Shown here piece by piece: positions 42,882 to 53,261 of a stretch of DNA of 64,000 bases. Each line of letters begins with the position of its first letter. Position 1 is the first letter of the stretch. The stretch is from assembly GCA_051745145.1 (NCBI GenBank), contig JBNJDT010000002.1:32602-96601 (forward strand). Reading direction: 5' to 3'. Source of the stretch: Elusimicrobiota bacterium (GTDB lineage Bacteria; CG03; SLGR01; JAGXOG01). Below the pieces are notes generated by a model. It saw only the letters and a program-made list of their open reading frames with translations, made no database searches and was not told where the DNA came from. Made by a program: the position numbers and the translations under genes.

Positions 42882-44315
42882 TTATAAAAATTCCGACTGG
42901 GCGCTGCTTATAATATCTTCTATATTTTCTTCGGAGTTGCTCTCCGCATATAACCGGATAACCGGTTCGGTACCTGAAAATCTTATACCCAGCCAGGAAT
43001 TCTCAGCATCCAGAATATATTTGTAGCCGTCAACCTTTACTACCTTTTTAACTCCGTATTTTCCTATACTATCCGGATCACTCTGAGCTAAAACTCTCTT
43101 AATTTCTTCTTTTTTCTGCTCTGTTATAGTAAAATTTTTTCTTGCAGTTACAAACTTACCTACTTTACTATAAAGATCCGCCAGAATACTCCCCAGAGAT
43201 TTTTGCTCAATAGCTCTCAGTTCAGCCATCAACAGGCAGGCCAGAATACCGTCTTTTTCGGGTAGATGTCCGCCTATGGTCAACCCCCCGCTTTCTTCTC
43301 CCCCTACAACCATCTTCTCTTTTACAGAAATATCTCCGATATATTTAAATCCAACCGGAGTCTCTCTAATTTCCACCCCATAGCTTTTACCCACGGCATC
43401 CATAAAAGACGAAGTCATAACCGACCTTACCCCCACTCCGGAATACTTCTTATTTTCACACAGATGATATAAAGCCAGGCCCATAACTTGATTGGGAGTT
43501 ATAAAAGTTCCGTCTTCGTCCACTATACCAAACCGGTCTCCGTCTCCGTCCGTGGCCAGTCCTATATCGTAATTACCGTTTTTTACAGTATCCTTCAATT
43601 CTTCTATAAATTCTTCCGCCGGCTCGGGACGGTGACCGCCAAACAGAACATCACGGCTGCCGTTTATTACTTTAAGGTCAGCTTCGGGAATAATATTTCC
43701 CATGACATCGCGGCCCGTTCCGTTCATAGCATCGTAAACAACGGAACATTTTTGCTGTATAATTTTTGTATCTATCAATTCAGATATTCTTTTATTATAA
43801 AGACCAATCCAGTCCACTTCCTCAACTAAATCTTCGGCCACTGCCTGCTCGAATTCCATTGATTTTATTTTTTTATCCCCCTGTAATATCCCGGTGCAAT
43901 TTTCTTCAATTTTCCCAGTTGTCGCGGGAAGCGCCGGTCCTCCCCAGGATGGCGAAAATTTAATTCCCGAATACTCGGGAGGGTTATGAGAAGCGGTAAT
44001 ATTTATTCCCCCGTCCAGTTTTTTAGATATAATTATCTGGGATATGGCGGGAGTGGGAATATCCTTCACAGAATAAAAGACTTTCACCCCGTTAGCAGCC
44101 ATTACCTCGCTCACCGTCCGGGCAAATTTCTCTCCCATAAACCGGGAATCGTATCCGGCAAAAATCCGGGGCTGGTGCCGGGCATTGTTATTTAAAAAAT
44201 CAGCGATGGCCTGGGAAACTATTCTGACGTTATCATAGGTGAAATCGTCAGCTATAATACCCCGCCACCCTGCAGTGCCAAATTCAATATTCATTTCAGA
44301 CATTTTTATCCTCAT
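42882..44315 (-). CDS. Phosphoglucomutase/phosphomannomutase family protein
   Basis: FGT.GWRG, TASHNP, DGDGDR, GEESGG, RFSGTEP; start may be a few codons in. Confidence 0.95.
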   Translation of the reverse strand: MRIKMSEMNIEFGTAGWRGIIADDFTYDNVRIVSQAIADFLNNNARHQPRIFAGYDSRFMGEKFARTVSEVMAANGVKVFYSVKDIPTPAISQIIISKKLDGGINITASHNPPEYSGIKFSPSWGGPALPATTGKIEENCTGILQGDKKIKSMEFEQAVAEDLVEEVDWIGLYNKRISELIDTKIIQQKCSVVYDAMNGTGRDVMGNIIPEADLKVINGSRDVLFGGHRPEPAEEFIEELKDTVKNGNYDIGLATDGDGDRFGIVDEDGTFITPNQVMGLALYHLCENKKYSGVGVRSVMTSSFMDAVGKSYGVEIRETPVGFKYIGDISVKEKMVVGGEESGGLTIGGHLPEKDGILACLLMAELRAIEQKSLGSILADLYSKVGKFVTARKNFTITEQKKEEIKRVLAQSDPDSIGKYGVKKVVKVDGYKYILDAENSWLGIRFSGTEPVIRLYAESNSEENIEDIISSAQSEFL

Positions 44316-44769
44316 TTTGTTGTTCTAAATCCAAATTCCCCTTACATTTGTTAATTAATCTATTTATTAATTTAGCCAGGGGAATTAAATCTTTATCGTC
44401 GTTTCGAAGCTGTACTTCTTCTATTTTTCCCTCTAAAACAAGATGCAGCTGTTTTTCAAGAGCATACAGCGGACCGGCTACTTTAAAAGATATGTGCTTT
44501 CCTATCAGTAAAGCTATGATAATTATTGCCACAGCAATAACCGGCAAAGTCCAGTTTAGCCACCCTAAAACATCAGCCAGCTCTCTTTGGGTAAACTCTG
44601 CAAAATGCGCTCTTTCAATTTTCACCCTCAAGGCAATGTAAAAAACCATCATAGAAACTATAACCGAAGCTGATAAACTTATTCCTATAAGCTTTAAAAA
44701 TCTTGTCTGAAAATTTTTCTTTATTAATTTTGTTGACCGCCGTTCCTCTTTATTATTACTCTTACCCAT
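44296..44769 (-). CDS. Two-TM protein with HAMP-like C-terminus, unknown function
   Basis: RR...IKKNFQ.RF, two TMs, S.KVAGPLY...LR..D. Confidence 0.75.
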   Translation of the reverse strand: MGKSNNKEERRSTKLIKKNFQTRFLKLIGISLSASVIVSMMVFYIALRVKIERAHFAEFTQRELADVLGWLNWTLPVIAVAIIIIALLIGKHISFKVAGPLYALEKQLHLVLEGKIEEVQLRNDDKDLIPLAKLINRLINKCKGNLDLEQQNEDKNV

Positions 44770-44846
44770 TTATCCTCCTATTTATTCTGTATACTTTTAA
44801 TACCTGATCGACTATTGCTATATCTATTATATCTTTAGAAATTATA

Positions 44847-45617
44847 TCACAAAATTTTTCTATTTACAAATATATTTTTTAATATTTTATAATCTTTTAC
44901 ACCGAGTTCGTGGGGCCTGGATTTACCGGATATTTTAGCTTTTTTTAAAATATTATCCACCTCTTCTTTATTTAAACCGGGCTTTAAAAAATTAAAAATT
45001 GCATTTCTTATATTTTTACGCTTATACCTGAATATATTTTTAACCATCCGGTAAAAAGTATCATCTTCCGGATCACATTTTCTTACAAGTTTTACAACTG
45101 CGGATTTTACCTTTGGGGGGGGCAAGAAATCCGTTTCCGGTACATCAAAACAGTATTCCACTTTAGAATTTACCTGACAGAGCACCGAGACGGCCGAATA
45201 ATCAGAACTGGCCGGACCGGCAACCATTCTTAATGCTACCGGACGGGGCAACATTATAACCGCTATCTGCCAGTTTAAAGAGCTTCTGCATATTTTATCC
45301 AGTATTTTTCCGGTTATCTGGTAGGGAATATTTCCGCATATCTTATTTATATCATAATCGGTCAAATCCAGAGCCAAAAAATCTTTATTTATAATATCCT
45401 GAAGATCTTTAAATTTATTTTCCAATAACCCGGCAAGGTCACTATCCAGTTCCACAGCTATTACAGACCCATTATTTTCAATTAAATATTCTGTAAGATA
45501 GCCCCTTCCCGCCCCGATTTCCATAATTTTGTCTATGGGCTGTATATCCAAATTTTCAACTATCCGGGCAGCCACCCGGGGGTTATTTAAAAAATGCTGT
45601 CCCAGTTTTTCAGCCAC
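44847..45617 (-). CDS. rsmA: 16S rRNA adenine dimethyltransferase
   Basis: LGQHFL, EIGAG.G.LT, GNIPY, F.PPPKV.SA; after pdxA. Confidence 0.96.
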   Translation of the reverse strand: MAEKLGQHFLNNPRVAARIVENLDIQPIDKIMEIGAGRGYLTEYLIENNGSVIAVELDSDLAGLLENKFKDLQDIINKDFLALDLTDYDINKICGNIPYQITGKILDKICRSSLNWQIAVIMLPRPVALRMVAGPASSDYSAVSVLCQVNSKVEYCFDVPETDFLPPPKVKSAVVKLVRKCDPEDDTFYRMVKNIFRYKRKNIRNAIFNFLKPGLNKEEVDNILKKAKISGKSRPHELGVKDYKILKNIFVNRKIL

Positions 45618-45620
45618 CCG

Positions 45621-46559
45621 TTAATTCCCCTCTGCCAGTTTAAATGCCAGTTCAATGGCTTTCAAGAAGCTGTCCGGCCGGGCCTTATCCTTACCTGCAA
45701 TATCCAGCGCCGGCCCGTGATCCGGAGAAGTTCTTATCACGGGAAGCCCCATAGTATAGTTCACAGAAGGACCCAGTAAATATTTTACCGCCGGTAAAAA
45801 CTGATCATGGTACGGAGAAACTATAAAATCATATTTTCCCTCCAGGAACTCCTTAAGAACTTTTTCGGGACTGTAAGGGCCGCTGATATTTATTTTTTCT
45901 TCCTCTAACCGATCCCGGGCCCTTTTAAATACCGTCTCTTCTTCAGTTCCCAGCAGCCCGGACTCTCCCCCGTGAGGATTTAGAGAAGCCAGGACCAGTC
46001 TTCCGCCCTCGATTCCAAAATTTTCTCTCAGGCTCCTATCCACTATCCGTACATGAGTCAGTATTTTACCTACCGTAATTGCTGATGATACTTCCTTAAG
46101 AGAAATGTGGGTGGTAAGAAGAGACATCTTAATCCGGTCGGTAACAAAACTCATAACTACGTCCTTTTGGTTAAATTTTTGGGCCAGATACCCGGTATGT
46201 CCCGTAAAACCCGGCTGAATCCGGGCAACTTCGTCTTTTCTTACAGGAGCGGTTACCAGAGCTGACCGGGGATTTTGCTTGCAGTACTCAATACCTTTTT
46301 CTAAATAATTAAGACAGTCAGTTGCCGGGTCTCCGGACCGGGGAATATGGAAAAGATAAAATCCGGGGTTATTTTTATCTGTGTCAAAGTCAAATTCTAG
46401 ATTAAATTCTCCGGCGTACTTCTCAAAATCATCCCTGCTTCCCCCTATAACTATTTTATTTTTAATTTTATCTTCTTTTGCCAGTCTATCCAGACTTTTA
46501 CAAATAATTTCGGGGCCGATTCCCCGGGGATCTCCGGCAGTTATAAAAATTTCTTTCAT
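45621..46559 (-). CDS. pdxA: 4-hydroxythreonine-4-phosphate dehydrogenase family
   Basis: GDP.GIGPE, GHT, LNPH.GE, YHDQ, RTSPDHG. Confidence 0.93.
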   Translation of the reverse strand: MKEIFITAGDPRGIGPEIICKSLDRLAKEDKIKNKIVIGGSRDDFEKYAGEFNLEFDFDTDKNNPGFYLFHIPRSGDPATDCLNYLEKGIEYCKQNPRSALVTAPVRKDEVARIQPGFTGHTGYLAQKFNQKDVVMSFVTDRIKMSLLTTHISLKEVSSAITVGKILTHVRIVDRSLRENFGIEGGRLVLASLNPHGGESGLLGTEEETVFKRARDRLEEEKINISGPYSPEKVLKEFLEGKYDFIVSPYHDQFLPAVKYLLGPSVNYTMGLPVIRTSPDHGPALDIAGKDKARPDSFLKAIELAFKLAEGN

Positions 46560-46632
46560 ATTAATTCAGACCCGACATTATCTATTTTTGTCTTTTTATT
46601 TAAACAGAAAACCAGTATTTACGGGCAAGTCT

Positions 46633-47703
46633 TTATTTATATCCTAAAAGTTTCTTTAAAGATTCTCTGTATTCGTCAAGATCCTGGGGACGTTTTACCG
46701 GATAAAATCTTGAACTTCGATCTATTTTGACAAAACTGGTATCTAAAAATCCGGTTAAGTCTCCCGCCAGATGTTCAAACTGTATAACTGTTTCCCCCTC
46801 TACCTGTTTATGTACTATATACCATGGCAAATCAAATTCCTTTTTCAAACTTTGAGCGTTTAACCAGTAAGTATTACAGTTAAAAACCGGAATTCGATCC
46901 TGGTCAAAATCTTCGGGAAACCGGAACCCTTCAATTATCTGTAATTTGCCATTTAATACTGCCGGCGCTCCTCCTTCGTCCCCCGGATCCTTTTTGGCCA
47001 CTTCTGCGGTAAGTTCCTTGCCGGAATTTATATGTTTACCCAACAGGGCCGGTTCTACCCTGGCTCCCAGATTATCCACATTGGAGTAAAACAGATACTT
47101 TCCCCCGCCGTCTATAAACTCATCCAGCCGGCCGCTTTTCTTTATACAGTAGGGGAAATCTCCGTGGCCCGGTCCGTAAAAAGAGTCCATCTCCTCAGGC
47201 CCCTCAAAATAACTTCCGTCTTCCTTAAGGCGGGGGGCGATAAACTGATTAAAAAAATGAATTTTATCGGGGACCCCGAAATAATTTTTGTCTTCAAAAT
47301 GTTTCCGGGTTTTTTCATGGGTGGAAAAAGAATTCATAATATAAAAGTCAATTTTATCGGAAACTCTAAGAGAATCTTTTATCTTTAATTCCAAAAAACT
47401 CTTGCCGTCAAAAACTTCAACTACCCCTTTTACCACTCCCCCGAACCGGGTTGCCATTCCCCCATTTAAAACCACTACCCCCAGCTGACCGTTTTCTATA
47501 GCTTCTTTTCCCAGACGGTCTAATTTTTTGTACTCTTTAGAATCCCGGGGAGGAAGAGTTTTAAAATCATCTGACGAAGGGTAGCCCAGCTGATCATCAA
47601 TAACATTATCTTCTTCGTTAAATTCCCCCGCTCTGTAGCTTTTAATTAATTTTTCAATCTTATCTTTTTGATAATTGTACTTTCTCAATATTTCTCTGTT
47701 CAT
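46633..47703 (-). CDS. UTP--glucose-1-phosphate uridylyltransferase, eukaryote-like UDPGP family
   Basis: LNGGMATRFG...K, MNSFST, PGHGD, SNVDNLGA, FNCN, PVK. Confidence 0.88.
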   Translation of the reverse strand: MNREILRKYNYQKDKIEKLIKSYRAGEFNEEDNVIDDQLGYPSSDDFKTLPPRDSKEYKKLDRLGKEAIENGQLGVVVLNGGMATRFGGVVKGVVEVFDGKSFLELKIKDSLRVSDKIDFYIMNSFSTHEKTRKHFEDKNYFGVPDKIHFFNQFIAPRLKEDGSYFEGPEEMDSFYGPGHGDFPYCIKKSGRLDEFIDGGGKYLFYSNVDNLGARVEPALLGKHINSGKELTAEVAKKDPGDEGGAPAVLNGKLQIIEGFRFPEDFDQDRIPVFNCNTYWLNAQSLKKEFDLPWYIVHKQVEGETVIQFEHLAGDLTGFLDTSFVKIDRSSRFYPVKRPQDLDEYRESLKKLLGYK

Positions 47704-47726
47704 AATTTTGCCTCCCCTTTTTTATA

Positions 47727-48719
47727 TTATTGCTCTGAAAAAAGAGATTTAGTTATTTTAGCCTCATCTCTTAACTCTCGCAGATATTTTTCATATTCGT
47801 CTTCCATTTTTTTCTGGTAAAGCAAATTCCTCAATCTATCCCGGATTTCTGAAAAATTTCTCTTCTCGCTGGATCTTTTTCCCACCACTTTTATGATATG
47901 ATATCCGAAGCTGGTTTTCACCGGTTCACTTACCTCATCTATATTTAAATTAAAAGCAGCTTCGCTAAAACTTTCGGGCATTTCTCTTTGCGCAAAATAT
48001 CCCAGATCCCCTCCCATATTTGCCGATGGGCCCTCAGAAAATTCTTCTGCAAATTCACTGAAATTTTGAGGTTCTTTCTTTACTTTACTCAATATGTCCT
48101 CTATTTTCTTGAGAGCTTCGTTTTCAGTTCTTTCATCACCGGTTTTTATTAAAATATGCCTGGCCCGCACCTGCTCGGGGACAACCATCTCCTCTTTGTT
48201 CTCTTCATAATATTCTTTAACTTCATCTTCGGTAGGCGGCGATATTTTAGATCTTACGTCCTGGTTGGTAAGTTTAATAACTCTAATCTGCTGTTTTAAA
48301 TTTTCTCTGAAATTTTCTCCTGTCAAACCCTGTTTGGTAATTTCATTTTGGAAGTCCATTTCGCTGTCGAATCTTCCCCGGATTTCCTCCATACCCTGAT
48401 CGATCTCTTCCTCTTTTACGGTTATTTCTTCCGCCTCGGCTTTCTGTATTAAAAGTTTTTCATCTATCATCTGATCCAAAAGCCTTTTTTTAAACTCTTT
48501 TAGTTTTTGCTCCCTATCCGGTCCGGTAACTTCTTTTTCATACTGTTCAATTAAATCATCCGCCCTCTTTTTAAATTCAGTTAAAAGTATAGGTTCGTCA
48601 TTTACTCGGGCTATAACTCTCTCAACCACTTCTTCAGCAGCAAACACCCGGGGGATTAAAACTCCCAAAAATAATAGGACCTGGGGAAAAACTTTAACTC
48701 TATTTAAATTAATTTTCAT
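47727..48719 (-). CDS. surA: SurA-like chaperone / parvulin PPIase
   Basis: Signal peptide, VERVIARVN.EPI, ARHILI, GGDLG, FGYHII; start at SD-supported ATG 48719. Confidence 0.8.
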   Translation of the reverse strand: MKINLNRVKVFPQVLLFLGVLIPRVFAAEEVVERVIARVNDEPILLTEFKKRADDLIEQYEKEVTGPDREQKLKEFKKRLLDQMIDEKLLIQKAEAEEITVKEEEIDQGMEEIRGRFDSEMDFQNEITKQGLTGENFRENLKQQIRVIKLTNQDVRSKISPPTEDEVKEYYEENKEEMVVPEQVRARHILIKTGDERTENEALKKIEDILSKVKKEPQNFSEFAEEFSEGPSANMGGDLGYFAQREMPESFSEAAFNLNIDEVSEPVKTSFGYHIIKVVGKRSSEKRNFSEIRDRLRNLLYQKKMEDEYEKYLRELRDEAKITKSLFSEQ

Positions 48720-49587
48720 CGTCCCGTTCTCCTTGATTATTATTAGTTTTTTCACCTCTTAAATTAATTTTATCAAGCACATCGTAGTTAATTCTTACAT
48801 TGTAATCATTCTTATAATCTTCTACCAGCTGAATAAATTTCTGTTGCTCTAATTCAGAAGCTATCTCTTCTTTTGCATCCTCGAATGATTTTTCTTTGCC
48901 CGACCGGCGGCCGGTGAGTTTGGCAATATGATAACCGAAAGAAGTCTTTATAACATCGCTGACCTCCCCCACATTCTCAAGCTGAAAAACAGCTTCTTCA
49001 AATTGAGGATTTGCCAGTTCCCCTCTTTTAAAATATCCTAAATCACCGTCATTTATTGCCGTAACGGTATCCACCGAATGCTGGCGGGCCATACTGGAAA
49101 ATGAGGCCCCGTTTCTTATTTTAGCTAATATCTCTCTGGCCTTATTTTCATCATTTAAAAGTATATGGCTTATCTTAACTTCTTCCACATCAGTGTATTT
49201 TTCTTTATTTTTTTCGTAATAATCCCGGATTTCATGATCAGATACCTGTATCTCATTATTTTTAATATAATCAACGGCAGCCGTTAGAATAATTTCTCTT
49301 TTTAAATCCTGTATGCGCTCTCTTACCTCTTTTCTTTTGTGGATATTTAAATCATAAGCTTTTTCAAGTAAAACCGTCTCCTTTATTATCCCGGAAAGAT
49401 ACTGGCGTTTCCCCCCTTCCGATGAGATAAAACCGTAGTAATAATCCGGCAGGTCCTTCAGACGTTTCTTTACGGTTTCGGACGTTATCTCCCGGCTTCC
49501 CACATAAGCCACTACATCATCTTTTCGGGAACACCCTGATGAAAATAGAGTGATAAACAATAAGACAACTAATATATTTTTATTCAT
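48709..49587 (-). CDS. PpiC-type peptidyl-prolyl isomerase lipoprotein
   Basis: Lipobox SSG-C; SHILL, GDLGYF, FGYHI. Confidence 0.9.
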   Translation of the reverse strand: MNKNILVVLLFITLFSSGCSRKDDVVAYVGSREITSETVKKRLKDLPDYYYGFISSEGGKRQYLSGIIKETVLLEKAYDLNIHKRKEVRERIQDLKREIILTAAVDYIKNNEIQVSDHEIRDYYEKNKEKYTDVEEVKISHILLNDENKAREILAKIRNGASFSSMARQHSVDTVTAINDGDLGYFKRGELANPQFEEAVFQLENVGEVSDVIKTSFGYHIAKLTGRRSGKEKSFEDAKEEIASELEQQKFIQLVEDYKNDYNVRINYDVLDKINLRGEKTNNNQGERDDEN

Positions 49588-49672
49588 TGGTTCCTCTCTT
49601 TTATACTATGTACTATACCCCGCAATGCCCTTACGTAAATTTATAATAACATATAGTTAATTTCAAGACAAA

Positions 49673-50887
49673 TTACGCTCCAAATTTTTTCAATCTGTCA
49701 GCCTGAGATAACAGTATTTTCATAATATCTTTAGAATACATCTGCGAGTAGCTTCCTTTCAGACACTCTTTCTCTGTAAATCTTTCTCCCCCGTCGACTC
49801 TTATATAAGGTCCATTTATAAGAAGGGGGACGGGATGCCATGAATGAGCCTTTAAGGGAGTGGGGGTGGAGTGGTCGGCAGTTATACAGATTACATCAAA
49901 ATCTTGTTCAATTATCTGAGAAAGCAGTTTATCAAAATGTTCTATAACTTTAACTTTCTCACTGCGGTTGCCGTCCTCTCCGTAAGAATCCGTTTTCTTT
50001 ACATGAAAATAGAAAAAGTTATATTCTTCTCCTTTACTGTTTTTTTCCAGATCCTTTAATTCATCTTCCATACTTTTTAAATCCTTAGCTATGTCCATTC
50101 CCACCAGCCGGGCCAGACCCTTATACATCGGATAAGTGGCTAAAGCTCTGGCTTTTAGTCCGTATTTTTCAAAAAAACCGGAAATATCAGGTTTTTTGGC
50201 CAGGCCTCTCAAAAGACAGGTGTTTGCCCGGTCTTCGTCCTTTAAAATTTCCTGGACCTGTTTAATAAACTCATTGGCCACATTTTGGGCCTTTTCGGAT
50301 TCACTATCCCGGGCTTCTACAAACTTTTCCTTTTTATCTATATGCTGGGGATCGGCATCCAGCAAATTATCATTTAATCCGGGGCCTTTAAAAATTATAA
50401 CAAATCTATGTTCTTTTCCCGGATAAACTTTAACTTCCACATCCTCAATTTTTTCTAATTCGGAATTTATTTTTTTGCATAATTCTTTATTCTTTTCTGT
50501 AGTGATCCGGCCCGCCCGGCGATCTTTTATTATACCGGCTGAATCACGGGTAGCAAAATTCCCCCTTACTGCCAGACAATCTTTTTCCAGATCTATACCG
50601 ATACCCGAAGCTTCCAGCACCCCCCGGCCTATCTCATTTTTTACGGGGTCATATCCGAATAAAGCCAGATGTCCGGGACCGGAGCCGGGAGTAATCCCCC
50701 GCTCTACCGGTACAGCCAGCCCTAAAGATGACTGCCTGGCGAGTTTATCAAGATTGGGGGTCTTTGCCTGTTCCAGAGCGGTTTGCCCGCTATCATCGGG
50801 GATATCACCCACGCCGTCCATTACTACCATAAGTATTTTGGTATTATTTTGTTCTACTAAACTATTTAAAATTTTTTCACCAATCAT
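49673..50887 (-). CDS. apgM: 2,3-BPG-independent phosphoglycerate mutase (archaeal type)
   Basis: DGVGD, TPNLD, PGSGPGHLALFGYDP, DRRAGR, TADHSTP, HSWHPVP. Confidence 0.95.
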   Translation of the reverse strand: MIGEKILNSLVEQNNTKILMVVMDGVGDIPDDSGQTALEQAKTPNLDKLARQSSLGLAVPVERGITPGSGPGHLALFGYDPVKNEIGRGVLEASGIGIDLEKDCLAVRGNFATRDSAGIIKDRRAGRITTEKNKELCKKINSELEKIEDVEVKVYPGKEHRFVIIFKGPGLNDNLLDADPQHIDKKEKFVEARDSESEKAQNVANEFIKQVQEILKDEDRANTCLLRGLAKKPDISGFFEKYGLKARALATYPMYKGLARLVGMDIAKDLKSMEDELKDLEKNSKGEEYNFFYFHVKKTDSYGEDGNRSEKVKVIEHFDKLLSQIIEQDFDVICITADHSTPTPLKAHSWHPVPLLINGPYIRVDGGERFTEKECLKGSYSQMYSKDIMKILLSQADRLKKFGA

Positions 50888-51806
50888 AATCTATTCCTTT
50901 TTTTTCTTCTACGTATTTTCTCGCTTCCTCACCGGCATAAGCGCCTTCCCCGCAAGCTGTTACAATCTGTCTTAAAGAATCTTTGCGGCAATCACCGGCG
51001 GCATAAACTCCTTTTAAAGAAGTTTTAAAAGAACTGTCCGTCACTATAAACCCTTCCTCCTTATTCACAAAACTATCATCTAAAAATTCTGTATTGGGGA
51101 GCAAACCTATAAATATAAAAACACCTTCCACATCTAAAGTCTTTCCGCTTTTAAGACTTATATTTTCTACCATACCGGTTCCGGAAATTTCTTCCAATTC
51201 ATCATCCAGAACAGTTTGAATTTTATCAGATTTTTCAACTTTTTCTCTCAACCCTTTAACCGCTCTTAAACGTGGCCGGCGATGTATAAGATAAACTTTT
51301 CCGGCGAATTTTGTCAAATACAATGCCTCCTCGCAGGCAGTATTGCCCCCGCCGACTACCGCCACTACTCTATCCTTGTACAGCGGACCGTCGCATACGG
51401 CACAGTAAGATACTCCCTTGCCCGTAAATTTCTTTTCTCCTTTAACACCCAATTGTTTCATTGAAGCGCCTGTTGAAATTATTACCCCCCGGGCATTAAT
51501 CTTTTGGCGGCCTGTGGTAATTAAAAAATCTTTTCCGGACTGTTTAACTTCTTCCACTTTTTCGTTTACAATCTCCGCTCCGAATTTTTTAGCCTGTTCA
51601 GTTAGATATTCGGCCAGTTCAAAACTTTCTACTCCCTGCGGAAAACCGGGATAATTTTCAATTTTTTCGGACCACCACAGCTGACCGCCGGGCTGTTTCT
51701 CCTCAAATATTTTTGTATCCATAGAAGAACGCCCGGTATAAATTGCCGCAGTCAAACCGGCCGGGCCACCGCCTACTATAGCTATATCAACTGTTGTTTT
51801 ACTCAT
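50877..51806 (-). CDS. trxB: Thioredoxin reductase
   Basis: GGGPAG, ENYPG, GVSYCAVCDG, GGGN.A, AAGD. Confidence 0.95.
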   Translation of the reverse strand: MSKTTVDIAIVGGGPAGLTAAIYTGRSSMDTKIFEEKQPGGQLWWSEKIENYPGFPQGVESFELAEYLTEQAKKFGAEIVNEKVEEVKQSGKDFLITTGRQKINARGVIISTGASMKQLGVKGEKKFTGKGVSYCAVCDGPLYKDRVVAVVGGGNTACEEALYLTKFAGKVYLIHRRPRLRAVKGLREKVEKSDKIQTVLDDELEEISGTGMVENISLKSGKTLDVEGVFIFIGLLPNTEFLDDSFVNKEEGFIVTDSSFKTSLKGVYAAGDCRKDSLRQIVTACGEGAYAGEEARKYVEEKKGIDYDW

Positions 51807-52584
51807 TTTTTAACTCCTTTCTCATATCCTCGTGTATATGGGAATTAGAAGCAAGTATCTCCTTCTGATAAGGAGAATATCTATTCCCTTCAAAATCCGT
51901 AACTCTGCCGCCGGCCTCTTCAACTATTAGAAATCCGGCGGCCGTATCCCAGGGCTCAAGTTTTAACTCCCAAAATCCGTCAAATTTCCCGGCGGCCACC
52001 GAACAAAGATCAATAGCTGCCGACCCGGGACGGCGTACCGCTCTGGTCTTCATTAAAAAACGGTTGAAGTTTTCTATATTATCCCCTGTCTCTTTTATGT
52101 CGTACGGAAACCCCGTTGTAACAAGTGATTTTTCCAGCTCACTGGTTTCACTGACTTCTATTCTTTCTCCGTTTAGCCGGCTTCCCTCTCCCCGCAAAGC
52201 AGTGTATAATTCTCCGATATAGGGGGCATTAACTACCCCCGCTATAATTTCTCCCCGGTACTCAAGGGCGATAGATACGCCAAAAAACCCAAAACCGTGG
52301 GCATAATTTGTAGTTCCGTCAAGCGGGTCTACTATCCAAAGATAAGGAGATTCTCTTTTGTCATAATCTCCCTCCTCGGCAAGTATACTGTGATCGGGAA
52401 ATTTTTCAGAAATACTATTCACAATCATTTTCTCGCTTTCCTCATCCATGCGGGTAACTAAATTTATACGGCCTTTATAGCTTATATCCTGTTTATTTGT
52501 AAAATTTTTCAGTAAAAAATCTCCCGCTTCCCGGGCTGTTTTTACTGCGTGTTCAAGGTATATCTTATTATTATTGTTCCCCAT
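51799..52584 (-). CDS. suhB: Inositol monophosphatase family protein
   Basis: WIVDPLDGTTNY, GSAA.DL, WD.AAG...EEAGG. Confidence 0.93.
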   Translation of the reverse strand: MGNNNNKIYLEHAVKTAREAGDFLLKNFTNKQDISYKGRINLVTRMDEESEKMIVNSISEKFPDHSILAEEGDYDKRESPYLWIVDPLDGTTNYAHGFGFFGVSIALEYRGEIIAGVVNAPYIGELYTALRGEGSRLNGERIEVSETSELEKSLVTTGFPYDIKETGDNIENFNRFLMKTRAVRRPGSAAIDLCSVAAGKFDGFWELKLEPWDTAAGFLIVEEAGGRVTDFEGNRYSPYQKEILASNSHIHEDMRKELKNE

Positions 52585-53261
52585 TGCTCCTCCTGTTCTT
52601 CTTCCTCCCCCAGAGGTTCAAACAGATATTTTCTCATCGCCTCCATCGCCCGGGAATCCAGATTCGGATACCCGGAAGTCTGCAAAACTTCTACACTTTT
52701 TACATGGCCGGACGGAGATACCCAAAATTTAAGTTTAACCTCTCCTTCGGCTCCCTGCTCTTCCGCCCAGCTTGGATATTCCGGTTGTATTCTTCTTAAC
52801 ACTTTTCTTCTGGATACCGGCCCTTCTAATACTTCGCTGGATTCATCACCCTCTTTTTGGGGAATTCCGGTTCTCTTCTCTCTGTCCGGCAGAGCTTTAC
52901 TGACCGTTTCTTCAACAGGCGTATCTACTCGGGTTTTTTCTATATCCTCTAAAGAAGGGGCCCCGTTATCCACCGGCAATCCGATGCTGGACTCCCTTGC
53001 GGGAACAGAAATTTCTTCAGATTGAATATCTTCCGGCCGGGTTTCAAACTCTTTTTCCGGCATATCTTCTCCGCTTAAGGACCAGTCTTCAGGAATACGT
53101 TCCCTGGGAGCCGGAAAAGTAGTGACCGATACTTCTACCCAATCGGGCTGTTCCTCTGAGAACCAGGCTTCCGGAAGAAAAAAAAGTAATATAATATGCA
53201 GCAGTGTAGATATTATTACACTATTTTTAAAATTTAATTCAATCAATTTTATCCGTTGCAA
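52542..53261 (-). CDS. tonB: TonB family energy transducer
   Basis: TM with S..LH motif, acidic/Pro linker, C-terminal P.YP..A...G.EG.V...SG...LD; true start probably a few codons in. Confidence 0.9.
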   Translation of the reverse strand: MQRIKLIELNFKNSVIISTLLHIILLFFLPEAWFSEEQPDWVEVSVTTFPAPRERIPEDWSLSGEDMPEKEFETRPEDIQSEEISVPARESSIGLPVDNGAPSLEDIEKTRVDTPVEETVSKALPDREKRTGIPQKEGDESSEVLEGPVSRRKVLRRIQPEYPSWAEEQGAEGEVKLKFWVSPSGHVKSVEVLQTSGYPNLDSRAMEAMRKYLFEPLGEEEEQEEQWGTIIIRYTLNTQ

